A DNA stretch of 64,000 nucleotides, taken from Nemertoderma westbladi. Lineage: Eukaryota; Animalia; Xenacoelomorpha. The notes beneath the pieces were generated by a model, which worked only from the letters and a program-made list of their open reading frames with translations, had not been told where the DNA came from and did not search any database. A program made the position numbers and the translations under genes. The stretch is taken from positions 42 through 64,041 of the forward strand of contig JAUCBJ010003949.1 of NCBI GenBank assembly GCA_032718475.1, read 5' to 3'. Positions 11,216 through 24,742 of this stretch are shown here, piece by piece (position 1 is the stretch's first letter; each line of letters starts with the position of its first letter).

Positions 11216-14000
11216 TAAACAAACATCACCATCATCACCTCAGTTGAATATTTATCGTCATCATCGTTTTCCGTAAAATACTTGAATGTATCTGCACATG
11301 TTCTACCACCATAAACACCACTTTACGCAATTCAACTATTATAACAACAACCCATACTGATCGCAAGATGTAGAGTACCAAGTTCATTTGAATGGCAATG
11401 AACCAGTATATCACGAATTATTTTCCTATCTTTTAGTCAAATAATGCAACACTAGCTATGCTACTGCTTTATTTGGCTAATTAAATAACTACACAAATTC
11501 TATAGGCTACACAAATTGCAAATAACTGTTCATGTGATATTTCACTAATCAGCTAATAGGCCTATTTATTCGTGAGATTTCAATTTATAAATAAAACTAA
11601 TATATGAGCTCATATGAGCTCAATTGATTGATTGATTGATTGATTGATTACGGTCTGCGATCAGCTGATTTTATTGCAGTACCGGTATTGCTATTATATT
11701 ACAGTATTACTTGTTCTTCTATATTCTGTGTGTCAGTCGGTCAGTATGTTCAACATTAACTGAATTGTTAATTAATATAAAAATGCTGGAAGTGACAAAT
11801 TACTATATTGTTGTCTTTATTTATGGATTTTATATTGGTGGAAACAGTCTGCAACATTTCTCCGAGCCGGATAGTTTACTACTTAATCCAGCATGCCTAA
11901 CTCTGTAACTTCCAGACTGCAGAATTGCTTACCTCAAGTACCGGACCGGTTGACCGGTAGGCCTACTTATCTACCGATACCACTGTACCAGTTTATGTTT
12001 CAACGCTACTTGTATTGGTTCCTAACCTTCATACCTTAACTCATCACTCATCTGATGTCATCATGTATAACATAGTTGTTAACTGTTAATTACAATAATA
12101 ATTAAATGTCAGCTCGACTGGTGGTGCTGCGCGAATCTGCGCGAATATGCGCGAATAAACTGAACTAACTACATGTTACCACTGCAGGCTGTCCTGCCTG
12201 TCCTATAGTGCCTAATTTACCTTGCTGCACTGAGCAGTTGGTTTAGGCTAATTTAATCTTATCACTATCAGACTATTTCATTGAAACCGTTGGGTATCTC
12301 TGTATTTACGATTTTACTGAACAATGGAAGATGATAAAGTGCAAATAAACTTATTTAAAGATGAAAGGTCAGTAGAAAGTTGTAGGACTGTATCGTGATC
12401 ATACTGTATCATGTATCGTTGTATCGTGATCAACAGTCTGCAGATATTGATGTGGATGATTTCGCTTATGCAATAAACCGAGAGAAAGCCGCCCCAATAT
12501 TAGATTATAACAACAACATATCCATTGGGTAAGAAAGTGGAGAAGAGCCAGGCACGACTCTCAATTTTTTCGTTTATATTATGTGATCAATTTTCACTCA
12601 TCTCGTCATGAACACAACATGTATGTAAACTTTTGATAAATTTGTTGGCTATGCGTTTGCGGCTGTTTGGGCAGGGTGTGGTAGGCCTATACTTTTCACA
12701 CTGAAACATTTTGGTTGTGAAATGTTCAGGGCACAGCGATCAGAGATATTTTATATATATTTTATTATGAGAGGAAGAAGAACATACAACGTTATTTACT
12801 ATATTATATGTAACGAAATAATTGTTTTCGGGTTTGGAAGCCTCCCCAAATAGTTGATATACGATTATATTTAAAATTATTTCGATGGTCATGGTCATTC
12901 ACTCGTCTTTAATTAGAAATTTGTTTGCATGAAAGACAGTTTAGTTTAGTTTTTAATGATTTATTATCTCTTATCTGACTGGGGTAATAATAAAGGATAG
13001 GATAAATGGATGCAAAGTGTGACAGTAACAATTATTTCCCAGTCACCCTAGCATGTCTTAAGTATATGATATCTCAAAGGGGGAAGTTTGGATGCACTGC
13101 ATAAATGCAGTTCACCAAACTTCCCCCGAATGCACACTGTAACTTCCCCCTTCCCCCAAATATCCACTGTTGAATTAATTTGAAGCGATATAATAAGTAC
13201 AAAATTGTGCGAGTTTTTAATTGTGTGGTCCATTTGTTATTTGATCTCTATTTATTATTTAAAGTGCATTTAATATCACACTGGTTTTTAGAATATTATA
13301 CTATACAACCTTATGTTTTATTAATTTACCCAATCGAAGCCTCATAAGGGCCGGTTATTTTTGTACGCATATCCCCTAATGCGCTCAGTAAGGTTCAAAC
13401 AACATATTAATATGAAAATAAAGTATCTGCAAAGAAAAGAACCCAATACCCAATACCCAATACTATATAATTTGACCTTATTAAAAAATTTGCACTTTTG
13501 CACACTTATTTGTACAAGTGCACTTTAGCAGATCGTAATGGTGGCTCTTATTTAACAAACTTATGTTTATCCTCTACCGATCTACGATGGTGTATGATCA
13601 AGTGTCAGTCGCTAAAAGTGTCAAAAATCCAATTTAATAAAGCTCGATATTTGCAATTTTGGACCATATTCATGGACATTTTAAGTCACTTTATAAACAT
13701 AAAAAGTTAAACAAATGTTACGATTATAGTTAGAAATCATTCCAAACTACATTTTAATCCAAAAAATAACATTCTACGATGAATAGAACTGGAAATAATA
13801 GTGTTTGAACTATCGAAAAAATGTTCACTATTTAAGTGCATTTTGCACTTAGTGCACATAAGTCTTTTCCCAAGTTTTATCCTATTTCATACACTACAAT
13901 CTATCCTCTATGCAATGAAAATGGTTTCAGATTAAACGGCCCTGTAGAACCGAAGTTATTGATGTTTAAAAATAGTCACTCGAAAATTTCAAATTCTCTT

Positions 14001-14074
14001 GGTCACATAGTCTAGTGGTTATCAATCACGTTAATGAAACCGAAGTTCGCGGGTTCGAAATCCAATATTGACCA
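14001..14074 (+). ncRNA. tRNA-like sequence (pseudo-tRNA or SINE head) inside the 3-kb unit; second copy at 19068-19140
   Basis: GGTCA...TGACCA ends can pair; A box TAGTCTAGTGG; B box GGTTCGAAATCC; anticodon and T stems pair poorly. Confidence 0.55.
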
Positions 14075-16388
14075 TTCTTATATTTTTGCAAAAAAAAATT
14101 ATTTTTATTTTTTCACTAAAATCGCTCTAACTTCGGTTCTGGTGGTCCAAATTCAATAAAATTGGTATATTCTTTGCCGTAATTTTTTTCTTAATCTTTT
14201 GAGAAGGGGTTATTTTTGGCCCCAAAAAAATTAAAAAAAAGGGCCAAAATAACGCGATATTTTTCGACCCTTAAAATTCGTAATTTTAATTATATATGTT
14301 AAGATAAAAGATAGCGGAGTTAATTTGATACTTTTTACAGGTACTTTTGGCGCAATACGCTAAATTATAATGGAATAGCGATTTGTTAAAATAAAAATGT
14401 TTCGTCCCTTTTTATAAATATTATATTTCACACGATCGCCTGCCGCTCCAGTTTTATAATACCTCCGGCGCTGTGATTAACGCTGTTAGATAGATAATTT
14501 AACGCACTATAAGTCTGTGTAAACAAATCTCCCGTAAGTTAAGTAGTTTTCGGGCTAGACGATTTCCCGCGAAGCAAGTTTGAAGCGCGAAATTATAATT
14601 TTGGCCCTCATTTTTTTAATATCATCCTTGGAGCAAAACCGATAGCATATTTGAATTCCCCGTATGGATATTGACTGTATAGAATGTACCTTAACCAACT
14701 AAAGTTAAAAATAAAAAATTATTCGATAAAAACTACTTTACAAATTCTGGCCCTTTTTGGCCCCTATTGCCGACATATTTTTTGTACCCCCATTCGATAG
14801 GAACGTAGCCCCAATGGTATCTACGAGTTTCATAAAAGAATTAGTGGATTCCTACCCGCGTTGTCGAATTAAACATTTCGGAAATAAGTTTTCCAAAAAA
14901 GACGGACAAAAACGTACAAATTTACAGCCCCTTTTTCCACCCGAAATTTTAATAAATATCTTACCCCCATTCGATACGAAGGTAGTACCACTCTTCCCCT
15001 TTCCAACCGCGTTACTTTCGTCCCCGTACGATTAATATTAGCCGAGTTATAGCGGATCCCGCAAAGTCATTTTGTCCGTTTTTTCAACTTTGACGCACAT
15101 TTTCGGAAAAAAGGCGTGGTAATCTTTTTTGAAAAAAAAAACGAATTCACTAATTAATCCCTTCTATCGTATCCCGGCGTCGGCTAAGCAATAACCTAGG
15201 GTTTTTTCGAGCCACTGTAGAGCGCCTTTCAAAAAAATTTTAAAATTGTCGAAAAAATGACGGATTTTTGTCCGCCGTGTCCGTCGAAGGGTTAGATTTA
15301 ATAATGTTAGAGTTGCTAATATCTTAGAATTCCGAGCCGCTCCCCTGGTGAGAAAATAAAATAATTTGGTCTGTTCCTTCATCGAAAAGTCCCCCAGAAT
15401 CCCAAGTTAACCTATATAGTTAGCGATGGCCTGCGGCTTTAGGAGCGGCCGCGGTATTCACCTCCCTCATAGCGGCCGCGGCGGTGTTGCGTCAAATGGA
15501 GAAATATTTATCCCACCGAGAGAAAGCCGCCCCAATATTAGATTATTACAACAACATATCCATTGGGTAAGAAAGTGGAGGAGAGCCAGCCCGTCTCTTA
15601 ATTTTTTACTTTATATTAAGCGATCAATTTTCACTCATCTCGTCATGAACCCAACATGTATGTAACCTTTTGTTAAATTTGTTGGCTATGCGTTTGCGGT
15701 TGTTTGGGCGGAGTGTGGTAGGCCTACACTTTTCACACTTAAATATTTTGGTTGTGAAATGTTACAGGGCATAGCGATCTGAGATATTTCATTTATATTT
15801 TATTATGAGAGGAAGAAGAACATACAACATTATTTACTATGTAACAAAATAATTGTTTTCGGGTTTAACTTGGAAGCCTCCCCAAATAGTTGATATACAA
15901 TTATATTTAAAATTAATTCCATGGTCATGGTCATTCACCCGTCTTTAGTTAGAAATTTGTTTGCATGAAAGACAGTTTAGTTTAGTTTTTACTGATTTAT
16001 TATCTCTTATCTGACTGGGGTAATAATAAAGGATAGGATAAATGGAAGCAAAGTGTGACAGTAACAAATATTTCCCCGTCACCCTAGCATGTCTTAAGTA
16101 TATGATATATCAAAGGGGGAAGTTTGGATTCACTGCATAAATGCAGTTCACCAAACTTCCCCCGATTGCACACTGTAACTTCCCCCTTCCCCCAAATATC
16201 CACTGTTGAATTAATTTGAAGCGATATAATAAGTACAAAATTGTGCGAGTTTTTAATTGTGTGGTCCAATTGTTATTTGATTTCTATTTATTATTTAAAG
16301 TGCATTTAATATCACACTCGTTTTTAGAATATTATACTATACAACCTTATGTTTTATTAATTTACCCAATCGAAGCCTCATAAGGGTC

Positions 16389-18426
16389 AGGTACAGGAAA
16401 AAGAAAAACCCCTCGAAACAGGAAAAGGGCCCCCTGGACTGACAACAAAATTCAGAAGTGCCGAAATGACCTTCATAAGGCGCAGAAAGAGTCCCGACTC
16501 AAACAGACTACAGCGGCCAAGAATGCAGTTAAAGCTGCATCTAGGTCCCTGAACAGGCAGTACTCTGTTAATCTACAGGGGCTAATAAACCAACAGGTTG
16601 ATGCCATCAATGATGCTGACGACATCAGGCAATCATCCCAGGCATGGAAATCGATCAATCTGCTTACTGGGCGGAAAAGCCAACCAACCACCAAGGTTAA
16701 GGCTGAATCACCAGCCGATCGCCTCAATGGTTGGAAAGCCCACTTTGAAAAGCTCCTCAATAATGACAGGGTATTGCCTGATAACTTTATAGAAGTAAAA
16801 GTGTCTGAGTCTGTACTCCCAGATATTCCCATTGGCGATATTTCCTTTGCAGAAGTGAAGGCTGCTGCAAAGAGCATTAAGACCAATCGTGCCAGTGGAG
16901 TAGATGGTGTTCCCCCTGAGGTCTTTAAAATACATGAGTGTTTAAAGCTCATCTATCCCATCATAGTAGACATGTACCGTACAACACGAGTCCCACAAGA
17001 AATGAAAACAAATAAGTTGGTGCCAGTTCCCAAGAAGGGCAACCTAACACTCTATGGTTCTTTTCGGGGAATCTCATTGATCTCGATTGCTGCAAAACTA
17101 TACAATAGAATTCTATTAAATCGCATCAGGGATCCCATTGAGAGACTGCTACGTGGAAATCAGAATGGGTTCCGTAAAGGTCGTGGGACCATGGAGCCCA
17201 TTTTGGCACTTAGAAGGATAATTGAAGAGTTATCAAAAAAGAAAGACAGGCATCTGGCTGTTATCTTTGTTGACTTCTTCAAGGCCTTTGATTCAGTCTC
17301 TCGCTCACGTATGTTCAGCATACTTTCATTATATGGGATTCCTGATGAAATTATTGCAGCAATCAGATCAGTATACGATGGTTCGACAACATTTGTGTCT
17401 ACTGTTGACGGTGACACAGAACCATTTGAAGTGTTATGGGGCGTCCTCCAAGGAGACACACTTGCACCATTCTTGTTCATTATCGTGGTTGACTATGTTC
17501 TACGCATGTCCTTAGATCATCATAATGATGATGGGGTGATGATAACTCCACCTACTGGCTCCAGAAGTCGAGGAAATCCTGCCAAGTACCTAACTGATCT
17601 AGACTTTGCTGATGACTTAGGAGTACTCTCAGAATCATTAGAGGGAGCCCAGCGGCTCCTCAGCTCATTAGAACATGCTGCTTCTAGTGTTGGTCTTTTT
17701 ATTAACTCCAGAAAGACCAAAATTCTGACAGTTAACTTTGAAAGTCCTCAGCAAGTCTCTGATCGGATGAGCATAAGCTCAAAGGATGGTATGCTTGAGC
17801 ATGTGGACGACTTCTGTTACCTGGGATCATGGATCCGGAAGTCAGGTGAGGACCTTCGAATACGTAAGGGAAAGGCATGGGCAGCCTTGAATAGGCTTTC
17901 CAGGATTTGGAAGTCACCTAGAATTAATCGGAAACTTAAGGTGCGATTATTTAGAGCAGCAGTAGTTCCAGTACTCCTCTACGGGAGTCCATGCTGGGCT
18001 CTAACTGCTGAGGACACCAAATCTCTGGATGGCACATTCACAAGAATGCTACGCCGGGTACATTGTGTCAAGTACAATGCACACATCTCCAACCAGACAC
18101 TATATAACATTGGAGGTGTCTCATTGGTTCCCCCAAGCTTGACACTAGAACAAAATCGCCTCCGCTTTGCAGGACATTGCTTTCGCCGTGAGGACCAGCC
18201 AGTGCATAATCTTGTACTTTGGCAGCCTCATGGAGTGAATAAGCATGGTGGACAGCCCATGACTTTCTTGAGACGCATCTTAAAGGACACTGGCCTTAAA
18301 GATGCGGATGATCTAGCAAATGTCATGGGTGATAGGGAGTTGTGGCGGTGCAATTTTGTTGACAAGCCGGCACAGCATTCTTAAAAATGCAGCTGCAATG
18401 CAGCATGCCGATCCTAGTAGTAGTAG
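16389..18426 (+). mobile_element. RTE-clade non-LTR retrotransposon, 5'-truncated, with intact RT frame
   Basis: 11-bp TSD TCATAAGGGTC (16378-16388 and 18427-18437); (TAG)4 tail; empty site present in copy 1 of the dimer (~13342). Confidence 0.95.
16390..18384 (+). CDS. Reverse transcriptase ORF of the RTE element (open from the truncation point; endonuclease absent)
   Basis: PVPKKG, FRGISL, QNGFRKGR, FVDFFKAFDSV, GVLQGDTLAPFLF, LDFADD, FCYLGS, RLRFAGHC. The frame has no stop from 16390 to 18384. Confidence 0.95.
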   Translation, partial: GTGKRKTPRNRKRAPWTDNKIQKCRNDLHKAQKESRLKQTTAAKNAVKAASRSLNRQYSVNLQGLINQQVDAINDADDIRQSSQAWKSINLLTGRKSQPTTKVKAESPADRLNGWKAHFEKLLNNDRVLPDNFIEVKVSESVLPDIPIGDISFAEVKAAAKSIKTNRASGVDGVPPEVFKIHECLKLIYPIIVDMYRTTRVPQEMKTNKLVPVPKKGNLTLYGSFRGISLISIAAKLYNRILLNRIRDPIERLLRGNQNGFRKGRGTMEPILALRRIIEELSKKKDRHLAVIFVDFFKAFDSVSRSRMFSILSLYGIPDEIIAAIRSVYDGSTTFVSTVDGDTEPFEVLWGVLQGDTLAPFLFIIVVDYVLRMSLDHHNDDGVMITPPTGSRSRGNPAKYLTDLDFADDLGVLSESLEGAQRLLSSLEHAASSVGLFINSRKTKILTVNFESPQQVSDRMSISSKDGMLEHVDDFCYLGSWIRKSGEDLRIRKGKAWAALNRLSRIWKSPRINRKLKVRLFRAAVVPVLLYGSPCWALTAEDTKSLDGTFTRMLRRVHCVKYNAHISNQTLYNIGGVSLVPPSLTLEQNRLRFAGHCFRREDQPVHNLVLWQPHGVNKHGGQPMTFLRRILKDTGLKDADDLANVMGDRELWRCNFVDKPAQHS

Positions 18427-21400
18427 TCATAAGGGTCGGTTATTTGTACGCATATCCCATAATGCGCTCAGTAAGGTTCAAACAACATATTAATATGAAA
18501 ATAAAGTATCTGCAAAGAAAATAACCCAATACTATATAATTTGACCTTATTAAAAAATTTGCACTTTTGCACACTTATTTGTACAAATGCACTTTAGCAG
18601 ATCGTAATGGTGGCTCTTATTTAACAAACTTATGTTTATCCTCTACCGATCTACGATGGTATATGATCAAGTGTCAGTCGCTAAAAGTGTCAAAAATCCA
18701 ATTTAATAAATCTGGATTTGCGATTTTGGACCATATTCTTGGACATTTTAAGTCACTTTATAGACATAAAAAGTTAAACAAATGTTACGATTATATTTAG
18801 AAATCATTCCAAACTACATTTTAATCCAAAAAATAACATTCTACGATGAATAGAACTGGAAATAATAGTGTTTGAAATATCGAAAAAATGTTCACTATTT
18901 AAGTGCATTTTGCACTAAGTGCACATAAGTCTTTTCCCAAGTTTTATCCTATTTCACACACTACAATCTATTCTCTATCCAATGAAAAAAGTTTCAGATT
19001 AAACGGCCCTGTAGAACCGAAGTTATTTATGTTTAAAAATAGTCACTCGAAAATTTCAAATTCTCTTGGTCACATAGTCTAGTGGTTATCAATCACGTTA
19101 ATGAAACCTAAGTTCGCGGGTTCGAAATCCAATATTGACCTGACCATTCTTAATTTTTTTGCAAAAAAAATTATTTTTATTTTTTCACTAAAATCGCTCT
19201 AACTTCGGTTCTGGTGGTCCAAATTCAATAAAATTGGTATATTCTTTGCCGTAATTTTTTTCTTAATCTTTTGAGAAGGGGTTATTTTTGGCCCCAAAAA
19301 AATTAAAAAAAAGGGCCAAAATAACGCGATATTTTTCGACCCCTAAAATTCGTAATTTTAATTATATATGTTAAGATAAAAGATAGCGGAGTTAATTTGA
19401 TACTTTTTACAGGTACTTTTGGCGCAATACGCTAAATTATAAAGGAATAGCGATTTGTTAAAAAAAAAATTTTTCGTCCCTTTTTATAAATATTATATTT
19501 CACACGATCGCCTGCCCCTCCAGTTTTATAATACCTCCGGCGCTGTGATTAACGCTGTTAGATAGATAATTTAACGGACTATAAGTCTGTGTAAACAAAT
19601 CTCCCGTAAGTTAAGTAGTTTTCGAGCTAGACGATTTCCCGCGAAGCAAGTTTGAAGCGCGAAATTATAATTTTGGCCCTCATTTTTTTAATATCATCCT
19701 TGGAGCAAAACCGATAGCATAATTTGAATTCCCCGTATGGATATTGACTGTATAGAATGTACCTTAACCAACTAAAGTTAAAAATAAAAAATTATTCGAT
19801 AAAAACTACTTTACAAATTCTGGCCCTTTTTGGCCCCTATTGCCGACATATTTTTTGTACCCCCATTCGATAGGAACGTAGCCCCAATGGTCTTCTACGA
19901 GTTTCATAAAAGAATTAGTGGATTCCTACCCGCGTTGTCGAATTAAACTTTTCGGAAATAAGTTTTCCAAAAAAGACGGACAAAAACGTACAAATTTACA
20001 GCCCCTTTTTCCACCCGAAATTTTAATAAATATCTTACCCCCATTCGATACGAAGGTAGTACCACTCTTCCCCTTTCCAACCGCGTTACTTTCGTCCCCG
20101 TACGATTAATATTAGCCGAGTTATAGCGGATCCCGCAAAGTCATTTTGTCCGTTTTTTCAACTTTGACGGACATTTTCGGAAAAAAGGCGTGGTAATCTT
20201 TTTTGAAAAAAAAAACGAATTCACTAATTAATCCCTTCTATCGTATCCCGGCGTCTGGCTAAGCAATAACCTAGGGTTTTTTCGAGCCACTGTAGAGCGC
20301 CTTTCAAAAAATTTTTAAAATTGTCGAAAAAATGACGGTTTTTTGTCCGCCGTGTCCGTCGAAGGGATAGATTTGCTAATGTTAGAGTTGCTAATATCTT
20401 AGAATTCCGAGCCGCTCCCCTGGTGCGAAAATAAAAAAATTGGTCAGTTCCTTCATCGAAAAGTCCCCCAGAATCCCAAGTTAACCTATATAGTTAGCGA
20501 TGGCCTGCGGCTTTAGGAGCGGCCGCGGTATTCACCTCCCTCATAGCGGCCGCGGCGGTGTTGCGTCAAATGGAGAAATATTTATCCCACCGAGATGGGA
20601 CATGCCACTTCCCTCTCTGCCTCTGCTACTAGTATCAGACCATACCGCAATCAGGTAATTGTAGACAATTCTGTAATTATTACTGAATTAGTAGTAGGCC
20701 TGGGTTTGACTTTACTGCGTATACGTAGGCCTACAAGATTTTAAATAACGGCATGCTAACAGCCAGCCATTTGGAAGACAACGTTTCAGCGACACATGTT
20801 GCTAATTGCAAGGACCGATTAAAGCAACAAGTACATCCTCATTTAAAGGAAAAGGCTGCTATGCCTCGCAAGAATATATCCAAAGCAGCTGAAAAGGTTT
20901 GTGGATCGGGTAGGAAGCCAGGAACCGCCACAACCAGGCGTGGGGGTCGCACGCCATTGGATATTGGCCCTGGCCATAGAGAGAGTGGCGGTAGTTTCCG
21001 TGTAGTACCTGAAATAATACTGCGTTCGTCTTGCAACGCGAAGAAGTGTAGCTCTTGTCATTATATTTTCAAGGAGGAGAAAAATAAATACTATAGTAAT
21101 ATTATAGTAGTGTAGTGGCTCAAACAGTGGATGGGATGATGAACACCCAATATAACTTCAGCCTTTATGATTTTATGATTAATTAAATGTCTGACCGCGA
21201 CTGTTTTGGGCTTTTGTAACTTCTGACAACGTTCAAATAAATTATCATTCATTTCGCCTGTTGACTGCCATAGACCAAGATCATGCGCAGTCTTCTGCAT
21301 TGCGGCAGTGATCGACAAGTCGCATCGGTAGTGCCTGCAGGATGAAGCTGTGCTTCATCAATTATCGGTCACTACCGAGATTGTACAGTATGCCTGAACC

Positions 21401-24164
21401 CTGCGCTGTACCCTGTGCTTTCATTCTAACAGTAATGTATGTAAATTATGTAAATGTTTTATTGGACCTAACGGAAAGAAATATACTGCAATGCTGTACC
21501 CTGTGCTGTATACCCTGATGTATATTGTACTGGACGCAATAAAAATGCATCCCTCTTCAGGGAAAATTGGAGCAAATAACAGATGATTACTCTCCAAAAT
21601 AAAACTGTAACCTGTTCTATTGTGTTTAGTTTATTGTTTTGGTTAAAATATCGTGCCACTGTAACCTGCTCCTTTCCCTAAATTGAGAATTTAACATTAG
21701 GCGGGATAGTAATCCGCCAAGGCGGGTTTTGCGTCGAGTGTTCCCCCCTGTCTCATGTTGTACCGTCAATGTATCTGTTCTCTTCTGGCTTCTGCAGTAT
21801 GAGTGATAGTTTATTCAATGCAGCAGACCAGGCTTTACTCCTTTTCCTTCACAATAAACTACAGCCAATAGAACAGGTCACAGTTTTAATTTTGGGAACA
21901 AGTATCAATGTTAATTTATAAATTAAGGATAAGTAGCAAGTTGCATTGGCACGTTATTTTAACCAAAACAATAAACTACAGCCAATAGAACAGGTCACAG
22001 TTTTAATTTTGAGAACAAATTTTAATTTTAATAAATAATTTTAATTTTTTAACAGTGTAATTGGACCGGAAGTGTAATGTGATTGAACTGTACTCTCTGA
22101 TAGTGTAGTTGTCCAACAGTTCAACGAGGGCAAGCTTAAATGCACATCAAAAGTGCTACATAACGAAAAGTGTATCTTCTCAAATCTCACTTTTTCTCGA
22201 ATGGAAAGATTTCAGTTTTGTTGCAATAGCGGAAGACTATGCCTTGCGGTGTATCGCAGTGTCAGCGGTACACCATTGAGTGTGAAGGTCCCGGTGCTTG
22301 CGCTTAGCTGTATGCGAGCGGTTAGCGGTATCTCACCGTTGACTGTACGACCCAACATGTGGTTGTGCGCTGTGCGGTACACCGCTCCGTTTACTGTGCT
22401 CATTGAAATAGGATAATAAAATTACTGGAGTAACTGGAGGTACTGGAGTACTGGAGGACTATTGAATTAACTGTGTACAGAAGGACGACCAGCAATCTAG
22501 TCTCTTAGTTCTAACCGTAAACGTAATTTGTTCCAATGGAATAGTCCCTTAGTTCTAAACCGAGCACCATTTGTTCTAAACCGGATACGTCAATAGTTCT
22601 AATCAAAGCTCAGTAGTTCTAATTTTGAACGTCATTAGTTCCAATTGAATAGCACTTAGACGTAAACACCTGTCATTTGTTCTAGATCAAGCGTCAGTAT
22701 TCTAGAACATTTTAGCAGCCGTGATTAAGATATTTAACGACTTAATTGTGATTTTAACTATTACCAGGGACATATCCAGAAGGGAATGATGTTTGGGGTT
22801 GTAAGACCTTGCCGAATATTATGCATCTCGATTTTAAATGATGGAAAATAATAACTTGCAAAGTTAGGTATCTATTAATCCGAATGTAAATCAGGCCTCC
22901 CAGAGTTTCCTTTTTTCCTTTTTTTTTTCCTTTTTTTAGAACGTTTCCTTTTTTTTCTTTTTTTTTAGAATGTTTCCTTTTTTTGTCCATTTTCACACCT
23001 TTTTTTCCTCTTTTTAGTTCAGAAAATAGCCTGCTGTAAGTGTAACATATTCTATTCAGTACAAGGCAGCGGGGAGACAGCTGGACAGGTCTTGTAGTCT
23101 AATCAATTTCCGGTACTGTACCACTGTCTGACTGTAGTTCCTTATAAAAAATGACGATTTCAGTACTTACTATATACTGTACTATCAGTATAGTAGTCCT
23201 TGGCTTGATACTAAACTAATATAACAATTTACGGGACAAGTGATTTTCCTGATATCTGCAATCATACTTAACGGTACCGGTAGCAATGGAAACCATTAGA
23301 TCCAAGCAATCATTGGCAGATAAGCTGAAATTTCAGCATGCTGCTGATATTGACAAGGTTATAACAGAGATTGACGGGCATATGCCGATTATATTTTGAT
23401 TATATATTTTATTGACAAAAATCACAAGCTAAGCTACCATAAAAATGTAGCTGTGGAGAGAACTTTAATATATTTATTTCTGAGACAGAGGCTGTCTCTG
23501 TCTCAGAAAATATGTACATTAAAGTTCTCTCCGCAGCTACATTTTTAACGTGTGATTTATTATAATTGACGCAAAACCCGCCTTCGTGATTCAACAATGA
23601 TGATTTTCAATTTAGGGAAAGGAACAGGTTGCAGTGGCAGTCTATTCTAACCAAAACAATAAAAGAGAGCATATAACACTGTTACAGTTTCATTTTTGCT
23701 CGTAATCAGCTGTTATTTGCGTCCATTTCCCCCTGGATATGGTTGTATTTTGATTGCGTCTTAAAGCATTTTTGTTATTTATATAAATGTAGCCACGACC
23801 GGAAATCCGTACCAAAGTTTTTATATCACTTTCAAACTAAAGTTCTATTTACAATCGTTTGATAATCCTCTATCAGTAGTTCAATATCAGTACTATCAGT
23901 AAATGAATAATTATATTAATAATATTAATATATTAACTATAATTAATATTAATTATATTGCCATTGCCTTTGTTCTCTTTCCTGCGTGTTTATATTTTTT
24001 AACTTTCTTTGATATCTTCCTGTCATTTAAAACAGTGACGTTTCTTAATAGGCCTATATAAGGTTAATAAAATAATATACTGTTTACTATCCTTTTTATA
24101 AAGATAATATCTATTCAGTTTGACCCTTTTTTTGAACTGTATCCGATCCTTTTTTTCCTTTTGT

Positions 24165-24360
24165 GGGGCGAGACACGTATGGCGAGCCATCAGCGAACTG
24201 ATATAATTATACTGGGCGAGACACGTATGGCGAGCCATCAGCGAACTGATATAATTATACTATGGCCGTTTTTCAAAAGTCTGTGTGTGTGTGTGTGTGT
24301 GTGTCGGAAGCCATTAATGTCGGAAGCCATAAATGTCGGAAGCCATAATCGAAGTTAATA
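24165..24360 (+). repeat. 48-bp tandem duplication followed by (TG)n and TCGGAAGCCA repeats; end of a dispersed repeat related to 58031-58090
   Basis: GGGCGAGACACGTATGGCGAGCCATCAGCGAACTGATATAATTATACT x2; CTATGGCCGTTTT.CAAAAGTCT.TGTGTG...TCGGAA is shared with 58031. Confidence 0.6.
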
Positions 24361-24742
24361 TCTTCAGCTAAATTGTATGGTTGAGTCATTTTGAACGGTC
24401 TCTCCATGGAAATTAATTGTTTAGCACCATACGATTAAAGTTATTTTGCACAGAAATTAGATACCGGTATCTGGAATCCATGTACCCCATTCCATTATAG
24501 TTTTTTATTTTTTCAAGTGATTTGCGTTAATAAATGTATTTTTAATTGATTTAAACATAATTAACATTGTAAATTCATACGCTGATTCCATTCTCCCCCA
24601 TAGAGCCTAAGGCATGGCAAGGGCAGCCGTGCCCAATAATATTCCTTGAAGTTTTACATTAGTAACATTGCAAGCTAAAGTCTTTGACCAAGCCAGTGCC
24701 TAGGCTAGTACACAAGGACATAGTAGTCCAGTAGAAGGAATA

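Larger units (their letters stand above)
12477..20595. mobile_element. Head-to-tail dimer of a ~3.03-kb non-coding element; copy 2 interrupted by an RTE LINE
   Basis: 12477-15514 aligns along its length with 15515-20588 once the RTE insert is removed (paired spurious ORFs 13048/16084, 13498/18567, 14757/19918). ACCGAGA is present at all three junctions. Confidence 0.9.

Noticed and set aside
14001-14074. Functional tRNA gene (also 19068, 32609, 48433)
   Set aside because: Anticodon and/or T stems do not pair properly and each copy is embedded in a repeat; reported as tRNA-like only.
16473-17917. Antisense and alternative-frame ORFs over the RTE RT; likewise those over 46629-47498
   Set aside because: Shadow ORFs of a real coding frame.
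20753-21115. 120-aa ORF with GRKPG..RRGGR and KCSSC
   Set aside because: Possibly a transposon protein scrap, but no catalytic motif or STAT similarity can be supported.
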